Source: Eledone cirrhosa
Lineage: Eukaryota
Length of the DNA stretch: 64,000 nt
Assembly (NCBI GenBank): GCA_964016885.1
Contig: OZ024743.1
Coordinates: 177,444,001-177,508,000, forward strand
Direction of reading: 5' to 3'
A model generated the notes under the pieces. The model saw only the letters and a list, made by a program, of their open reading frames with translations. It was not told where the DNA came from and ran no database searches. Shown piece after piece: positions 1 through 15,800 of the stretch (positions within the stretch are counted from its first letter, which is position 1; every line of letters begins with the position of its first letter). The translations under genes and the position numbers were made by a program.

Positions 1-3000
1 TGGGATTCATGTGGAGAATGTTTTGCATATTGTCAGATGTTATGAAAGTGGGATTCATGTGGAGAATGTTTTCCATATTGTCATATCTCATGAAAATGGG
101 ATTCATGTGGAGAATGTTTCCCATATTGTCAGATGTTATGAAAATGGGATTCATGTGGAGAATGTTTTGCATATTGTCAGATGTTATGAAAGTGGGATTC
201 ATGTGGAGAATGTTTTCCATTTTGTCAAATGTTACAAATGTAGGATTCATGCGGAGAATGTTTTGCATATTGTCAGATCTTATGGAAGTGGGATTCATGT
301 GGAGAATGCTTTGCATATTGTCAGATGTTATGAAAGTGGGATTAATGTGGAAAATATTTTCTATATTGTCAGATTTTATGAAAGTGGGATTCATGTGGAG
401 AATGTTTTCCATATTGTCAGATGTTATGAAAGTGGATTTCATGTGGAGAATATTTTACATATTGTCAGATGTTATGAAAGTGGGATTCATGTGGACAATG
501 TTTTCCATATTGTCAGATGTTATGAAAGTGGGGTTCATGTGGAGAATGTTTTACATATTGTCAGATGTTATGAATGTGGGATTAATGTGGAGAATGTTTT
601 CCATATTGTCAGATGTTATGAAAGTGGGATTAATGTGGAGAATATTTTCCATATTGTCAGATGTTATGAAAGTGGGATTCATGTGGAGAATGTTTTGCAT
701 ATTGTCAGATGCTATGAAAGTGCGATTGATGTGGAGAATGTTTTGCATATTGTCTGATCTTATGAAAGTGGGATTCATGTAGAGAATGTTTTCCATATTG
801 TCAGATGTTATGAAAGTGGGATTCATGTGGAGAATATTTTCCATATTGTCAGATCTTATGAAAGTGGGATTCATGTGGAGAATGTTTTGCATATTGTCAG
901 ATCTTATGAAAGTGGGATTCATGTGGAGAATGTTTTACATATTGTCATATCTTATGAAAGTGGGATTCATTTGGAGAATGTTTTGCATATTGTTAGATCT
1001 TATGAAAGTGGGATTCATGTGGAGAATGTTTTGCATACTGTCAGATCTTATGTAAGTGGGATTCATGTGGAGAATGGTTTGCATATTGTTAGATGTTATG
1101 AATGTGGGATTAATGTGGAGAATGTTTTACATATTGTCAGATGTTATGAAAGTGGAATTCATGTGGAGAATGTTTTCCATATTGTCAAATCTTATGAAAC
1201 TGGGCTTCATGTGGAGTATGTTTTGCATATTGTCAGATCTTATGAAACTGGGATTCATGTGGAGAATGTTTTCCATATTGTCAGATGTTATGAAACTGGG
1301 ATTCATGTGGAGAATGTTTTCCATATTTTCAGATGTTACGAAAGTGGGATTCATGTGATAATTTTTTTCCATATTGTCAGATGTTATGAAAGTGGGATTC
1401 ATGTGGAGAATGTTTTGCATATTGTCAGATGTTATGAAAGTGGGATTCATGTGGAGAATGTTTTCCATATTGTCAGATGTTATGAAAGTGGGATTCATGT
1501 GGAGAATGTTTTGCATATTGTCAGATGTTATGAAAGTGGGATTAATGTGGAGAATATTTTCTATATTATCAGATTTTATGAAAGTGGGATTCATGTGGTG
1601 AATGTTTTCCATATGTGGAGAATGTTTTACATCTTGTCAGATGTTATGAAAGTGGGATTCATGTGGAGAATGTTTTGCATATTGTCAGATGTTATGAAAG
1701 TGGGATTCATGTGGAGAATGTTTTACATATTGTCCGATGTTATGAAAGTGGGATTCATGTGGAGAATGTTTTCCATCTTATGAAAGTGGGATTCATGTGG
1801 AGTATGTTTTGCATATTGTCAGATCTTATGAAACTGGGATTCATGTGGAGAATGTTTTCGACATTGTCAGATGTTATGAAACTGGGATTCATGTGGAGAA
1901 TGTTTTCCATATTTTCAGATGTTACGAAAGTGGGTTTCATGTGAGAATTTTTTTCCATATTGTCAGATGTTATGAAAGTGGGATTCATGTGGAGAATGTT
2001 TTGCATATTGTCAGATGTTATGAAAGTGGGATTCATGTGAGAATGTTTTCCATATTGTCAGATGTTATGAAAGTGGCATTCATGTGGAGAATGTTTTGCA
2101 TATTGTCAGATGTTATGAAAGCGGGATTCATGTGGAGAATATTTTCTAAATTGTCAGATTTTATGAAAGTGGGATTCATGTGGAGAATGTTTTCCATATT
2201 GTCAGATGTTATGAAAGTGGGATTAATGTGGAGAATGTTTTACATATTGTCAGATGTTATGAAAGTGGGATTCATATGGAGAATGTTTTCCATATTGTCA
2301 GATCTTATGAAAGTGGGATTCATGTGGAGAATGTTTTACATATTGTCCGATGATATGAAAGTGGGCTTCATGTGGAGAATGTTTTCCATTTTGTCAGATG
2401 TTATGAAAGTGGGATTCATGTGGAGAATGTTTTCCATATTGTCAGATGTTATGAAAGTGGGATTCATGTGGAGAATGTTTTCCATATTGTCAGATCTTAT
2501 GAAAGTGGGATTCATGTGGAGAATGTTTTGCATATTGTCAGATCTTATGAAAGTGGGATTCATGTGGAGAATGTTTTCCATATTGTCAGATGTTATGAAA
2601 TTCGGATTCATGTGGAGAATGTTTTGCATATTGTCAGATGTTATGAAAGTGGGATTCATGTGGAGAATGTTTTCCATATTGTCATATCTCATGAAAATGG
2701 GATTCATGTGGAGAATGTTTCCCATATTGTCAGATGTTATGAAAATGGGATTCATGTGGAGAATGTTTTGCATATTGTCAGATGTTATGAAAGTGGGATT
2801 CATGTGGAGAATGTTTTCCATTTTGTCAAATGTTACAAATGTAGGATTCATGCGGAGAATGTTTTGCATATTGTCAGATCTTATGGAAGTGGGATTCATG
2901 TGGAGAATGCTTTGCATATTGTCAGATGTTATGAAAGTGGGATTAATGTGGAAAATATTTTCTATATTGTCAGATTTTATGAAAGTGGGATTCATGTGGA

Positions 3001-6000
3001 GAATGTTTTCCATATTGTCAGATGTTATGAAAGTGGGATTCATGTGGAGAATATTTTACATATTGTCAGATGTTATGAAAGTGGGATTCATGTGGACAAT
3101 GTTTTCCATATTGTCAGATGTTATGAAAGTGGGATTCATGTGGAGAATATTTTACATATTGTCCGATGTTATGAAAGTGGGATTCATGCGGAGAATGTTT
3201 TCAATATTGTCAGATGTTATGAAAGTGGGATTAATGTGGACAATGTTTTCCATATTGTCAGATTTTATGAAAGAGGGATTCATGTGGAGAATGTTTTCGA
3301 TATTGTCAGATGTTCTGAAAGTGGGATTAATGTGGAGAATATTTTCTATATTGTCAGATTTTATGAAAGAGGGATTCATGTGGAGAATGTTTTCGACATT
3401 GTCAGATGTTATGAAACTGGGATTCATGTGGAGAATGCTTTCCATATTGTCAGATTTTATGAAAGTGGGATTAATGTGGAGAATGTTTTACATATTGTCA
3501 GATGTTATGAAAGTGGGATTCATGTGGAGAATGTTTTCCATATTGTCAGATGTTATGAAAGTGGGATTAATGTGGAGAATGTTTTCCATATTGTCTGATG
3601 TTATGAATGTGGGATTCATGTGTAGAATGTTTTACATATTGTCAGATGTTATGAAAGCGGGATTCACATGGAGAATATTTTACATATTGTCAGATGTTAT
3701 GAAAGTGGGATTAATGTGGAGAATATTTTCTATATTGTCAGATTTTATGAAAGAGGGATTCATGTGGAGAATGTTTTCCATATTGTCAGATGTTCTGAAA
3801 GTGGGATTAATGTGGAGAATGTTTTACATATTGTCAGATGTTATGAAAGTGGGATTCATGTGGACAATGTTTTCCATATTGTCAGATGTTATGAAAGTGA
3901 GATTCACGTGGAGAATGTTTTAGATATTGTCAGATGTTATGAAAGTGGGATTTATGCGGAGAATGTTTTCCATATTGTCAGATGTTATGAAAGTGGGATT
4001 AATGTGGACAATGTTTTCCATATTGTCAGATGTTATGAAAGTGGGATTCATGTGGAGAATGTTTTACATATTGTCAGATGTTATGAAAGTGGGATTCATG
4101 CGGAGAATGTTTTCCATTCTGTCAGATGTTATGAAAGTGGGATTAATGTGGACAATGTTTTGCATATTGCCAGATGTTATGAAAGTGGGATTAATGTGGA
4201 GAATGTTTTACAAATTGTCAGATGTTATGAAAGAGGGATTCATGTGGAGAATGTTTTGCATATTGTCAGATGTTATGAAACTGGGATTAATGTGGAGAAT
4301 GTTTTACATATTGTCAGATGTTATGAAAGTGGGATTCATGTGGACAATGTTTTCCATATTGTCAGATGTTATGAAAGTGGGATTCAGGTGGAGAATGTTT
4401 TAGATATTGTCAGATGTTATGAAAGTGGGATTTATGCGGAGAATGTTTTCCATATTGTAAGATGTTATGAAAGTGGGATTCATGTGGAGAATGTTTTGCA
4501 TATTGTCAAATGTTATGAAAGTGGGATTCATGTGGAGAATGTTTTACATATTGTCAGATGTTATGAAAGTGGGATTCATGTGGACAATGTTTTCCATATT
4601 CTCAGATGTTATGAAAGTGGGATTCACGTGGGGAATGTTTTAGATATTGTCAGATGTTATGAAAGTGGGATTTATGCGGAGAATGTTTTCCATATTGTCA
4701 GATGTTATGAAAGTGGGATTAATGTGGACAATGTTTTCCATATTGTCAGATGTTATGAAAGTGGGATTCATGTGGAGAATGTTTTACATATTGTCAGATG
4801 TTATGAAAGTGGGATTCATGCGGAGAGTGTTTTCCATTTTGTCAGATGTTATGAAAGTGGGATTAATGTGGACAATGTTTTCCATATTGTCAGATGTTAT
4901 GAAAGTGGGATTCATGTGGAGAATATTTTGCATATTGTCAGATCTTATGTAAGTGGGATTCACGTGGAGAATGCTTTCCATATTGTCAGATTTTATGAAA
5001 GTGGGATTAATGTGGAGAATGTTTTACATATTGTCAGATGTTATGAGAGTGGGATTCATGTGGAGAATGTTTTACATATTGTCAGATCTTATGAAAGTGG
5101 GATTCATGTGGAGAATGTTTTGCATATTGTCAGATGTTATGAAAGTGGGATTCATGTGGAGAATATTTTGCATATTGTCAGATCTTATGAAAGTGGGATT
5201 CATGTGGAGAATGTTTTCCATATTGTCAGATGTTATGAAAGTGGGATTAATGTGGAGAATGTTTTCCATATTGTCAGATGTTATGAAAGTGGGATTCATG
5301 TGTAGAATGTTTTACATATTGTCAGATGTTATGAAAGTGGGATTCACATGGAGAATGTTTTACATATTGTCAGATGTTATGAAAGTGGGATTAATGTGGA
5401 GAATATTTTCTATATTGTCAGATTTTATGAAAGAGGGATTCATGTGGAGAATGTTTCCATATTGTCAGATGTTCTGAAAGTGGGATTAATGTGGAGAATG
5501 TTTTACATATTGTCAGATGTTATGAAAGTGGGATTCATGTGGACAATGTTTTCCATATTGTCAGATGTTATGAAAGTGGGATTCACGTGGAGAATGTTTT
5601 AGATATTGTCAGATGTTATGAAAGTGGGATTTATGCGGAGAATGTTTTCCATATTGTCAGATGTTATGAAAGTGGGATTAATGTGGACAATGTTTTCCAT
5701 ATTGTCAGATGTTATGAAAGTGGGATTCATGTGGAGAATGTTTTACATATTGTCAGATGTTATGAAAGTGGGATTCATGCGGAGAATGTTTTCCATTCTG
5801 TCAGATGTTATGAAAGTGTGATTAATGTGGACAATGTTTTGCATATTGTCAGATGTTTTAAAAGTGGGATTAATGTGGAGAATGCTTTACAAATTGTCAG
5901 ATGTTATGAAAGAGGGATTCATGTGGAGAATGTTTTGCATATTGTCAGATGTTATGAAAGTGGGATTAATGTGGAGAATGTTTTACATATTGTCAGATGT

Positions 6001-6989
6001 TATGAAAGTGGGATTCATGTGGAGAATGTTTTGCATATTGTCAGATGTTATGAAAGTGGGATTCATGTGGAGAATGTTTTCCATATTGTCAGATGTTATG
6101 AAAGTCGGATTCATGTGGAGAATGTTTTACATATTGTCAGATGTTACGAAAGTGGGATTCATGTGAGAATGTTTTCCAAATTGTCCGATGTTATGAAAGT
6201 GGGATTAATGTGGAGAATGTTTTCCATATTTTCAGATGTTACGAAAGTGGGATTCATGTGAGAATTTTTTTCCATATTGTCAGATGTTATGAAAGTGGGA
6301 TTCATGTGGAGAATGTTTTGCATTTTGTCAGATGTTATGAAAGTGGGATTCATGTGAGAATGTTTTCCATATTGTCAGATGTTATGAAAGTGGGATTCAT
6401 GTGGAGAATGTTTTGCATATTGTCAGATGTTATGAAAGTGGGATTCATGTGGAGAATGTTTTCCATATTGTCAGATGTTATGAAACTGGGATTCATGTGG
6501 AGAATGTTTTCCATATTTTCAGATGTTACGAAAGTGGGATTCATGTGAGAATTGTTTACCATATTGTCAGATGTTATGAAAGTGGGATTAATCTGGAGAA
6601 TGATTAACATGTTGTCAGATGTTATGAAAGTGGGATTCATGTGGAGAATGTTTTCCATATTGTCAGATGTTATGAAAGTGGGATTCATGCGGAGAATGTT
6701 TTACATATTGTCAGATGTTACGAAAGTGGGATTCATGTGAGAATGTTTTCCAAATTTTCAGATGTTATGAAAGTGGGATTAATGTGGAGAATGTTTTCCA
6801 TATTGTCAGATGTTATGAAAGTGGGATTCATGTGTAGAATGTTTTGCATATTGTCAGATCTTATGAAACTGGGATTCATGTGGAGTAATGTTTTCCATAT
6901 TGTCAAATGTTACGAAAGTGGGATTCATGTGAGAATTTTTCTACCATATTGTCAGATGTTATGAAAGTGGGATTAATCTGGAGAATGTT

Positions 6990-9900
6990 TTACATATTGT
7001 CAGATGTTATGAAAGTGGGAGTCATGTGGAGAATGTTTTGCATATTGTCAGATCTTATGAAAGAGGGATTCATGTGGAGAATGATTCCAATATTGTCAGA
7101 TGTTATGAAAGTGGGATTCATGTGGAGAATGTTTTGCATATTGTCAGATGTTATGAAAGTGGGATTCACGTGGAGAATGTTTTCCATATTGTCAGATGTT
7201 ATGAAAGTGGGATTCATGTGGAGAATGTTTTGCATTTTGTCAGATGTTTTGAAAGTGGGATTCATGTGGAGAATGTTTTCCATATTGTCAGATGTTATGA
7301 AACTGGGATTCATGTGGAGAATGTTTTCCATATTTTCACATGTTACGAAAGTGTGATTCATGTGAGAATTTTTTACCATATTGTCAGTTAGTATGAAAGT
7401 GGGATTAATCTGGTGAATGTTTTACATGTTGTCAGATGTTATGAAAGTGGGATTCATGTGGAGAATGTTTTGCATATTGTCAGATGTTATGAAAGTGGGA
7501 TTAATGTGGAGAATGTTTTACATATTGTCAGATGTTATGAAAGTGGGATTCATGTGGAGAATGTTTTGCATATTGTCAGATGTTATGAAAGTGTGATTAA
7601 TGTGGAGAATGTTTTACATATTGTCAGATGTTATGAAAGTGGGATTCATGTGGAGAATGTTTTCCATATTGTCAGATGTTATGAAAGTGGGATTAATGTG
7701 GAGAATGTTTTACATATTGTCAGATGTTATGAAAGTGGGATTCATGTGGAGAATGTTTTGCATATTGTCAGATGTTATGAAAGTGGGATTCATGTGGAGA
7801 ATGTTTTGCATATTGTCAGATGTTATGAAAGTGGGATTCATGTGGAGAATGTTTTACATATTGTCCGATGTTATGAAAGTGGGATTCATGTGGAGAATGT
7901 TTTCCATTTTGTCAGATCTTATGAAAGTGGGATTCATGTGGAGTATGTTTTGCATATTGTCAGATCTTATGAAACTGGGATTCATGTGGAGAATGTTTTC
8001 GACATTGTCAGATGTTATGAAACTGGGATTCATGTGGAGAATGTTTTCCATATTTTCAGATGTTACGAAAGTGGGATTCATGTGAGAATTTTTTTCCATA
8101 TTGTCAGATATTGTGAAAGAGGGATTCATGTGGAGAATGTTTTGCATATTGTCAGATGTTATGAAAGTGGGATTCATGTGAGAATGTTTTACATATTGTC
8201 AGATGTTATGAAAGTGGCATTCATGTGGAGAATGTTTTGCATATTGTCAGATGTTATGAAAGTGGGATTAATGTGGAGAATATTTTCTAAATTGTCAGAT
8301 TTTATGAAAGTGGGATTCATGTGGAGAATGTTTTCCATATTGTCAGATGTTATGAAAGTGGGATTAATGTGGAGAATGTTTTACATATTGTCAGATGTTA
8401 TGAAAGTGGGATTCATGTGGAGAATGTTTTCCATATTGTCAGATCTTATGAAAGTGGGATTCATGTGGAGAATGTTTTACATATTGTCCGATGATATGAA
8501 AGTGGGCTTGATGTGGAGAATGTTTTCCATTTTGTCAGATGTTATGAAAGTGGGATTAATGTGGAGAATGTTTTGCATATTGTCAGATGTTATGAAAGTG
8601 GGATTCATGTTGAGAATGTTTTACATATTGTCATATCTTATGAAAGTGGGATTCATTTGGAGAATGTTTTGCATATTGTTAGATCTTATGAAAGTGGGAT
8701 TCATGTGGAGAATGTTTTCCATATTGTCAGATCTTATGTAAGTGGGATTCATGTGGAGAATGTTTTGTATATTGTTAGATGTTATGAATGTGGGATTAAT
8801 GTGGAGAATGTTTTCCATATTGTCAGATGTTGTGAAAGTGGGATTAATGTGGAGAATATTTTCCATATTGTCAGATGTTATGAAAGTGGGATTCATGTGG
8901 AGAATGTTTTGCATATTGTCAGATGCTATGAAAGTGCGATTGATGTGGAGAATGTTTTGCATTATCTGATCTAATGGAGAATGTGGAGAATGCATTATAT
9001 GTGGAGAATGCATTATATGTGGAGAATGCATTATATGTGGAGAATGTTTTGCATTATCTGATCTTATGAAAGTGGGATTCATGTGGAGAATGTTTTCCAT
9101 TTTGTCAGATGTTATGAAAGTGGGATTAATGTGGAGAATGTTTTACATATTGTCAGATGATATGAAAGTGCGATTTATGTGGAGAATGTTTTGCATATTG
9201 TTTGATCTTATGAAAGTGGGATTCATGTGGAGAATGTTTTCCATATTGTCAGATGTTATGAAAGTGGGATTCATGTGGAGAATGTTTTCCATATTGTCAG
9301 ATCTTATGAAAGTGGGATTCATGTGGAGAATGTTTTGCATATTGTCAGATCTTATGAAAGTGGGATTCATGTGGAGAATGTTTTCCATATTGTCAGATGT
9401 TATGAAATTGGGATTCATGTGGAGAACGTTTTGCATATTGTCAGATGTTATGAAAGTGGGATTCATGTGGAGAATGTTTTCCATATTGTCATATCTCATG
9501 AAAATGGGATTCATGTGGAGAATATTTCCCATATTGTCAGATGTTATGAAAATGGGATTCATGTGGAGAATGTTTTGCATATTGTCAGATGTTATGAAAG
9601 TGGGATTCATGTGGAGAATGTTTTCCATTTTGTCAAATGTTACAAATGTAGGATTCATGCGGAGAATGTTTTGCATATTGTCAGATCTTATGGAAGTGGG
9701 ATTCATGTGGAGAATGCTTTGCATATTGTCAGATGTTATGAAAGTGGGATTAATGTGGAAAATATTTTCTATATTGTCAGATTTTATGAAAGTGGGATTC
9801 ATGTGGAGAATGTTTTCCATATTGTCAGATGTTATGAAAGTGGGATTCATGTGGAGAATATTTTACATATTGTCAGATGTTATGAAAGTGGGATTCATGT

Positions 9901-12800
9901 GGACAATGTTTTCCATATTGTCAGATGTTATGAAAGTGGGATTCATGTGGAGAATGTTTTCCATATTGTCAGATGTTATGAAAGTGGGATTAATCTGGAG
10001 AATGTTTTACATATTGTCAGATGTTATGAAAGTGGGATTCATGTGGACAATGTTTTCCATATTGTCAGATGTTATGAAAGTAGGATTCATGTGGAGAATG
10101 TTTTACATATTGTCAGATGTTTTGAAAGTGGGATTCATGCGGAGAATGTTTTCAATATTGTCAGATGTTATGAAAGTGGCATTAATGTGGACAATGTTTT
10201 CCATATTGTTAGATGTTATGAAAGTGGGATACATGTGGAGAATGTTTTACATATTGTCAGATGTTATGAAAGTAGGATTCATGCGGAGAATGTTTTCCAT
10301 ATTGTCAGTTGTTATGAAAGTGGGATTAATGTGGACAATGTTTTCCATATTGTCAGATGTTATGAAAGTGGGAGTCATGTGGAGAATGTTTTGCATATTG
10401 TCAGATCTTATGAAAGAGGGATTCATGTGGAGAATGATTCCAATATTGTCAGATGTTATGAAAGTGGGATTCATGTGGAGAATGTTTTGCATATTGTCAG
10501 ATGTTATGAAAGTGGGATTCACGTGGAGAATGTTTTCCATATTGTCAGATGTTATGAAAGTGGGATTCATGTGGAGAATGTTTTGCATATTGTCAGATGT
10601 TTTGAAAGTGGGATTCATGTGGAGAATGTTTTCCATATTGTCAGATGTTATGAAACTGGGATTCATGTGGAGAATGTTTTCCATATTTTCAGATGTTACG
10701 AAAGTGTGATTCATGTGAGAATTTTTTACCATATTGTCAGTTAGTATGAAAGTGGGATTAATCTGGTGAATGTTTTACATGTTGTCAGATGTTATGAAAG
10801 TGGGATTCATGTGGAGAATGTTTTGCATATTGTCAGATGTTATGAAAGTGGGATTAATGTGGAGAATGTTTTACATATTGTCAGATGTTATGAAAGTGGG
10901 ATTCATGTGGAGAATGTTTTGCATATTGTCAGATGTTATGAAAGTGTGATTAATGTGGAGAATGTTTTACATATTGTCAGATGTTATGAAAGTGGGATTC
11001 ATGTGGAGAATGTTTTCCATATTGTCAGATGTTATGAAAGTGGGATTAATGTGGAGAATGTTTTACATATTGTCAGATGTTATGAAAGTGGGATTCATGT
11101 GGAGAATGTTTTGCATATTGTCAGATGTTATGAAAGTGGGATTAATGTGGAGAATGTTTTACATCTTGTCAGATGTTATGAAAGTGGGATTCATGTGGAG
11201 AATGTTTTGCATATTGTCAGATGTTATGAAAGTGGGATTCATGTGGAGAATGTTTTACATATTGTCCGATGTTATGAAAGTGGGATTCATGTGGAGAATG
11301 TTTTCCATTTTGTCAGATCTTATGAAAGTGGGATTCATGTGGAGTATGTTTTGTATATTGTCAGATCTTATGAAACTGGGATTCATGTGGAGAATGTTTT
11401 CGACATTGTCAGCTGTTATGAAACTGAGATTCATGTGGAGAATGTTTTCCATATTTTCAGATGTTACGAAAGTGGGATTCATGTAAAAATTTTTTTCCAT
11501 ATTGTCAGATATTGTGAAAGTGGGATTCATGTGGAGAATGTTTTGCATATTGTCAGATGTTATGAAAGTGGGATTCATGTGAGAATGTTTTACATATTGT
11601 CAGATGTTATGAAAGTGGCATTCATGTGGAGAATGTTTTGCATATTGTCAGATGTTATGAAAGTGGGATTAATGTGGAGAATATTTTCTAAATTGTCAGA
11701 TTTTATGAAAGTGGGATTCATGTGGAGAATGTTTTCCATATTGTCAGATGTTATGAAAGTGGGATTAATGTGGAGAATGTTTTACATATTGTCAGATGTT
11801 ATGAAAGTGGGATTCATGTGGAGAATGTTTTCCATATTGTCAGATCTTATGAAAGTGGGATTCATGTGGAGAATGTTTTACATATTGTCCGATGATATGA
11901 AAGTGGGCTTGATGTGGAGAATGTTTTCCATTTTGTCAGATGTTATGAAAGTGGGATTAATGTGGAGAATGTTTTGCATATTGTCAGATGTTATGAAAGT
12001 GGGATTCATGTTGAGAATGTTTTACATATTGTCATATCTTATGAAAGTGGGATTCATTTGGAGAATGTTTTGCATATTGTTAGATCTTATGAAAGTGGGA
12101 TTCATGTGGAGAATGTTTTGCATATTGTCAGATCTTATGTAAGTGGGATTCATGTGGAGAATGTTTTGTATATTGTTAGATGTTATGAATGTGGGATTAA
12201 TGTGGAGAATGTTTTCCATATTGTCAGATGTTGTGAAAGTGGGATTAATGTGGAGAATATTTTCCATATTGTCAGATGTTATGAAAGTGGGATTCATGTG
12301 GAGAATGTTTTGCATATTGTCAGATGCTATGAAAGTGCGATTTATGTGGAGAATGTTTTGCATATTGTTTGATCTTATGAAAGTGGGATTCATGTGGAGA
12401 ATGTTTTCCATATTGTCAGATGTTATGAAAGTGGGATTCATGTGGAGAATGTTTTCCATATTGTCAGATCTTATGAAAGTGGGATTCATGTGGAGAATGT
12501 TTTGCATATTGTCAGATCTTATGAAAGTGGGATTCATGTGGAGAATGTTTTCCATATTGTTAGATGTTATGAAATTGGGATTCATGTGGAGAACGTTTTG
12601 CATATTGTCAGATGTTATGAAAGTGGGATTCATGTGGAGAATGTTTTCCATATTGTCATATCTCATGAACATGGGATTCATGTGGATAATGTTTCCCATA
12701 TTGTCAGATGTTATGAAAATGGGATTCATGTGGAGAATGTTTTGCATATTGTCAGATGTTATGAAAGTGGGATTCATGTGGAGAATGTTTTCCATATTGT
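6990..12800. repeat. Older higher-order duplication of about 3.35-3.4 kb within the satellite
   Basis: Diagnostic variants (aatgattccaata; ttagtatgaa...atctggtgaat) recur at offset 3353 (ORFs 7413/10766), and at 3401 (8513/11914) after gain of one monomer. Confidence 0.75.
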
Positions 12801-15800
12801 CAGATGTTATGAAAGTGGGATTCATGTGGAGAATATTTTACATATTGTCAGATGTTATGAAAGTGGGATTCATGTGGACAATGTTTTCCATATTGTCAGA
12901 TGTTATGAAAGTGGGATTCATGTGGAGAATGTTTTCCATATTGTCAGATGTTATGAAAGTGGGATTAATCTGGAGAATGTTTTACATATTGTCAGATGTT
13001 ATGAAAGTGGGATTCATGTGGACAATGTTTTCCAAATTGTCAGATGTTATGAAAGTAGGATTCATGTGGAGAATGTTTTACATATTGTCAGATGTTTTGA
13101 AAGTGGGATTCATGCGGAGAATGTTTTCAATATTGTCAGTTGTTATGAAAGTGGCATTAATGTGGACAATGTTTTCCATATTGTCAGATGTTATGAAAGT
13201 GGGATACATGTGGAGAATGTTTTACATATTTTCAGATGTTATGAAAGTAGGATTCATGCGGAGAATGTTTTCCATATTGTCAGTTGTTATGAAAGTGGGA
13301 TTAATGTGGACAATGTTTTCCATATTGTCAGATGTTATGAAAGTGGGATTCATGTGGAGAATATTTTGCATATTTTCAGATCTTATGAAAGTGGGATTCA
13401 TGTGGAGAATGCTTTCCATATTGTCAGATGTTATGAAAGTTGGATTCATGTGAGAATGTTTTCCATATTGTCAGATGTTATGAAAGTGGGATTCATGTGG
13501 AGAATGTTTTGCATATTGTCAGATCTTATGGAAGTGGGATTCATGTGGAGAATGTTTTGCATATTGTCAGATGTTATGAAAGTGGGATTAATGTGGAGAA
13601 TGTTTTCCATATTGTCAGATGTTATGAAAGTGGGATTCATGTGGAGAATGTTTTCCATATTGTCATATTTTATGAACGAGGGATTCATGTGGAGAATGTT
13701 TTCCATATTGTCAGATGTTCTGAAAGTGGGATTAATGTGGAGAATGTTTTCCATATTGTCAGATGTTATGAAAGTGGGATTCACGTGGAGAATGTTTTAG
13801 ATATTGTCAGATGTTATGAAAGTGGGATTTAGGCGGAGAATGTTTTCCATATTGTCAGATGTTATGAAAGTGGGATTAATGTGGACAATGTTTTCCATAT
13901 TGTCAGATGTTATGAAAGAGGGATTCATGTGGAGAATGTTTTACATATTGTCAGATGTTATGAAAGTGGGATTCATGCGGAGAATGTTTTCCATTTTGTC
14001 AGATGTTATGAAAGTGGGATTAATGTGGACAATGTTTTCCATATTGTCAGATGTTATGAAAGTGGGATTCATGTGGAGAATATTTTGCATATAGTCAGAT
14101 CTTATGAAAGTGGGATTCATGTGGAGAATGCTTTCCATATTGTCAGATTTTATGAAAGTGGGATTAATGTGGAGAATGTTTTACATATTGTCAGATGTTA
14201 TGAAAGTGGGATTCATGTGGAGAATGTTTTACATATTGTCAGATCTTTTGAAAGTGGGATTGATGCGGAGAATGTTTTCAATATTGTCAGATGTTATGAA
14301 AGTGGCATTAATGTGGACAATGTTTTCCATATTGTCAGATGTTATGAAAGTGGGATACATGTGGAGAATGTTTTACATATTGTCAGATGTTATGAAAGTA
14401 GGATTCATGCGGAGAATGTTTTCCATATTGTCAGTTGTTATGAAAGTGGGATTAATGTGGACAATGTTTTCCATATTGTCAGATGTTATGAAAGTGGGAT
14501 TCATGTGGAGAATATTTTGCATATTGTCAGATTTTATGAAAGTGGGATTCATGTGGAGAATGCTTTCCATATTGTCAGATGTTATGAAAGTTGGATTCAT
14601 GTGAGAATGTTTTCCATATTGTCAGATGTTATGAAAGTGGGATTCATGTGGAGAATGTTTTGCATATTGTCAGATCTTATGGAAGTGGGATTCATGTGGA
14701 GAATGTTTTGCATATTGTCAGATGTTATGAAAGTGGGATTAATGTGGAGAATGTTTTCCATATTGTCAGATGTTATGAAAGTGGGATTCATGTGGAGAAT
14801 GTTTTCCATATTGTCAGATTTTATGAACGAGGGATTCATGTGGAGAATGTTTTCCATATTGTCAGATGTTCTGAAAGTGGGATTAATGTGGAGAATGTGT
14901 TAGATATTGTCAGATGTTATGAAAGTGGGATTTAGGCGGAGAATGTTTTCCATATTGTCAGATTTTATGAAAGTGGGATTCATGTGGAGAATGCTTTCCA
15001 TATTGTCAGATTTTATGAAAGTGGGATTAATGTGGAGAATGTTTTACATATTGTCAGATGTTATGAAAGTGGGATTCATGTGGAGAATGTTTTACATATT
15101 GTCAGATCTTATGAAAGTGGGATTCATGTGGAGAATGTTTTGCATATTGTCAGATGTTTATGAAAGTGGGATTCATGTGGAGAATATTTTGCATATTGTC
15201 AGATCTTATGAAAGTGGGATTCATGTGGAGAATGTTTTCCATATTGTCAGATGTTATGAAAGTGGGATTAATGTGGAGAATGTTTTCCATATTGTCAGAT
15301 GTTATGAAAGTGGGATTCATGTGTAGAATGTTTTACATATTGTCAGATGTTATGAAATTGGGATTCACATGGAGAATGTTTTACATATTGTCAGATGTTA
15401 TGAAAGTGGGATTAATGTGGAGAATATTTTCTATATTGTCAGATTTTATGAAAGAGGGATTCATGTGGAGAATGTTTTCCATATTGTCAGATGTTCTGAA
15501 AGTGGGATTAATGTGGAGAATGTTTTACATATTGTCAGAGGTTATGAAAGTGGGATTCATGTGGACAATGTTTTCCATATTGCCAGATGTTATGAAAGTG
15601 GGATTCACGTGGAGAATGTTTTAGATATTGTCAGATGTTATGAAAGTGGGATTTTTGCGGAGAATGTTTTCCATATTGTCAGATGTTATGAAAGTGGGAT
15701 TAATGTGCACAATGTTTTCCATATTGTCAGATGTTATGAAAGTGGGATTCATGTGGAGAATGTTTTACATATTGTCAGATGTTATGAAAGTGGGATTCAT

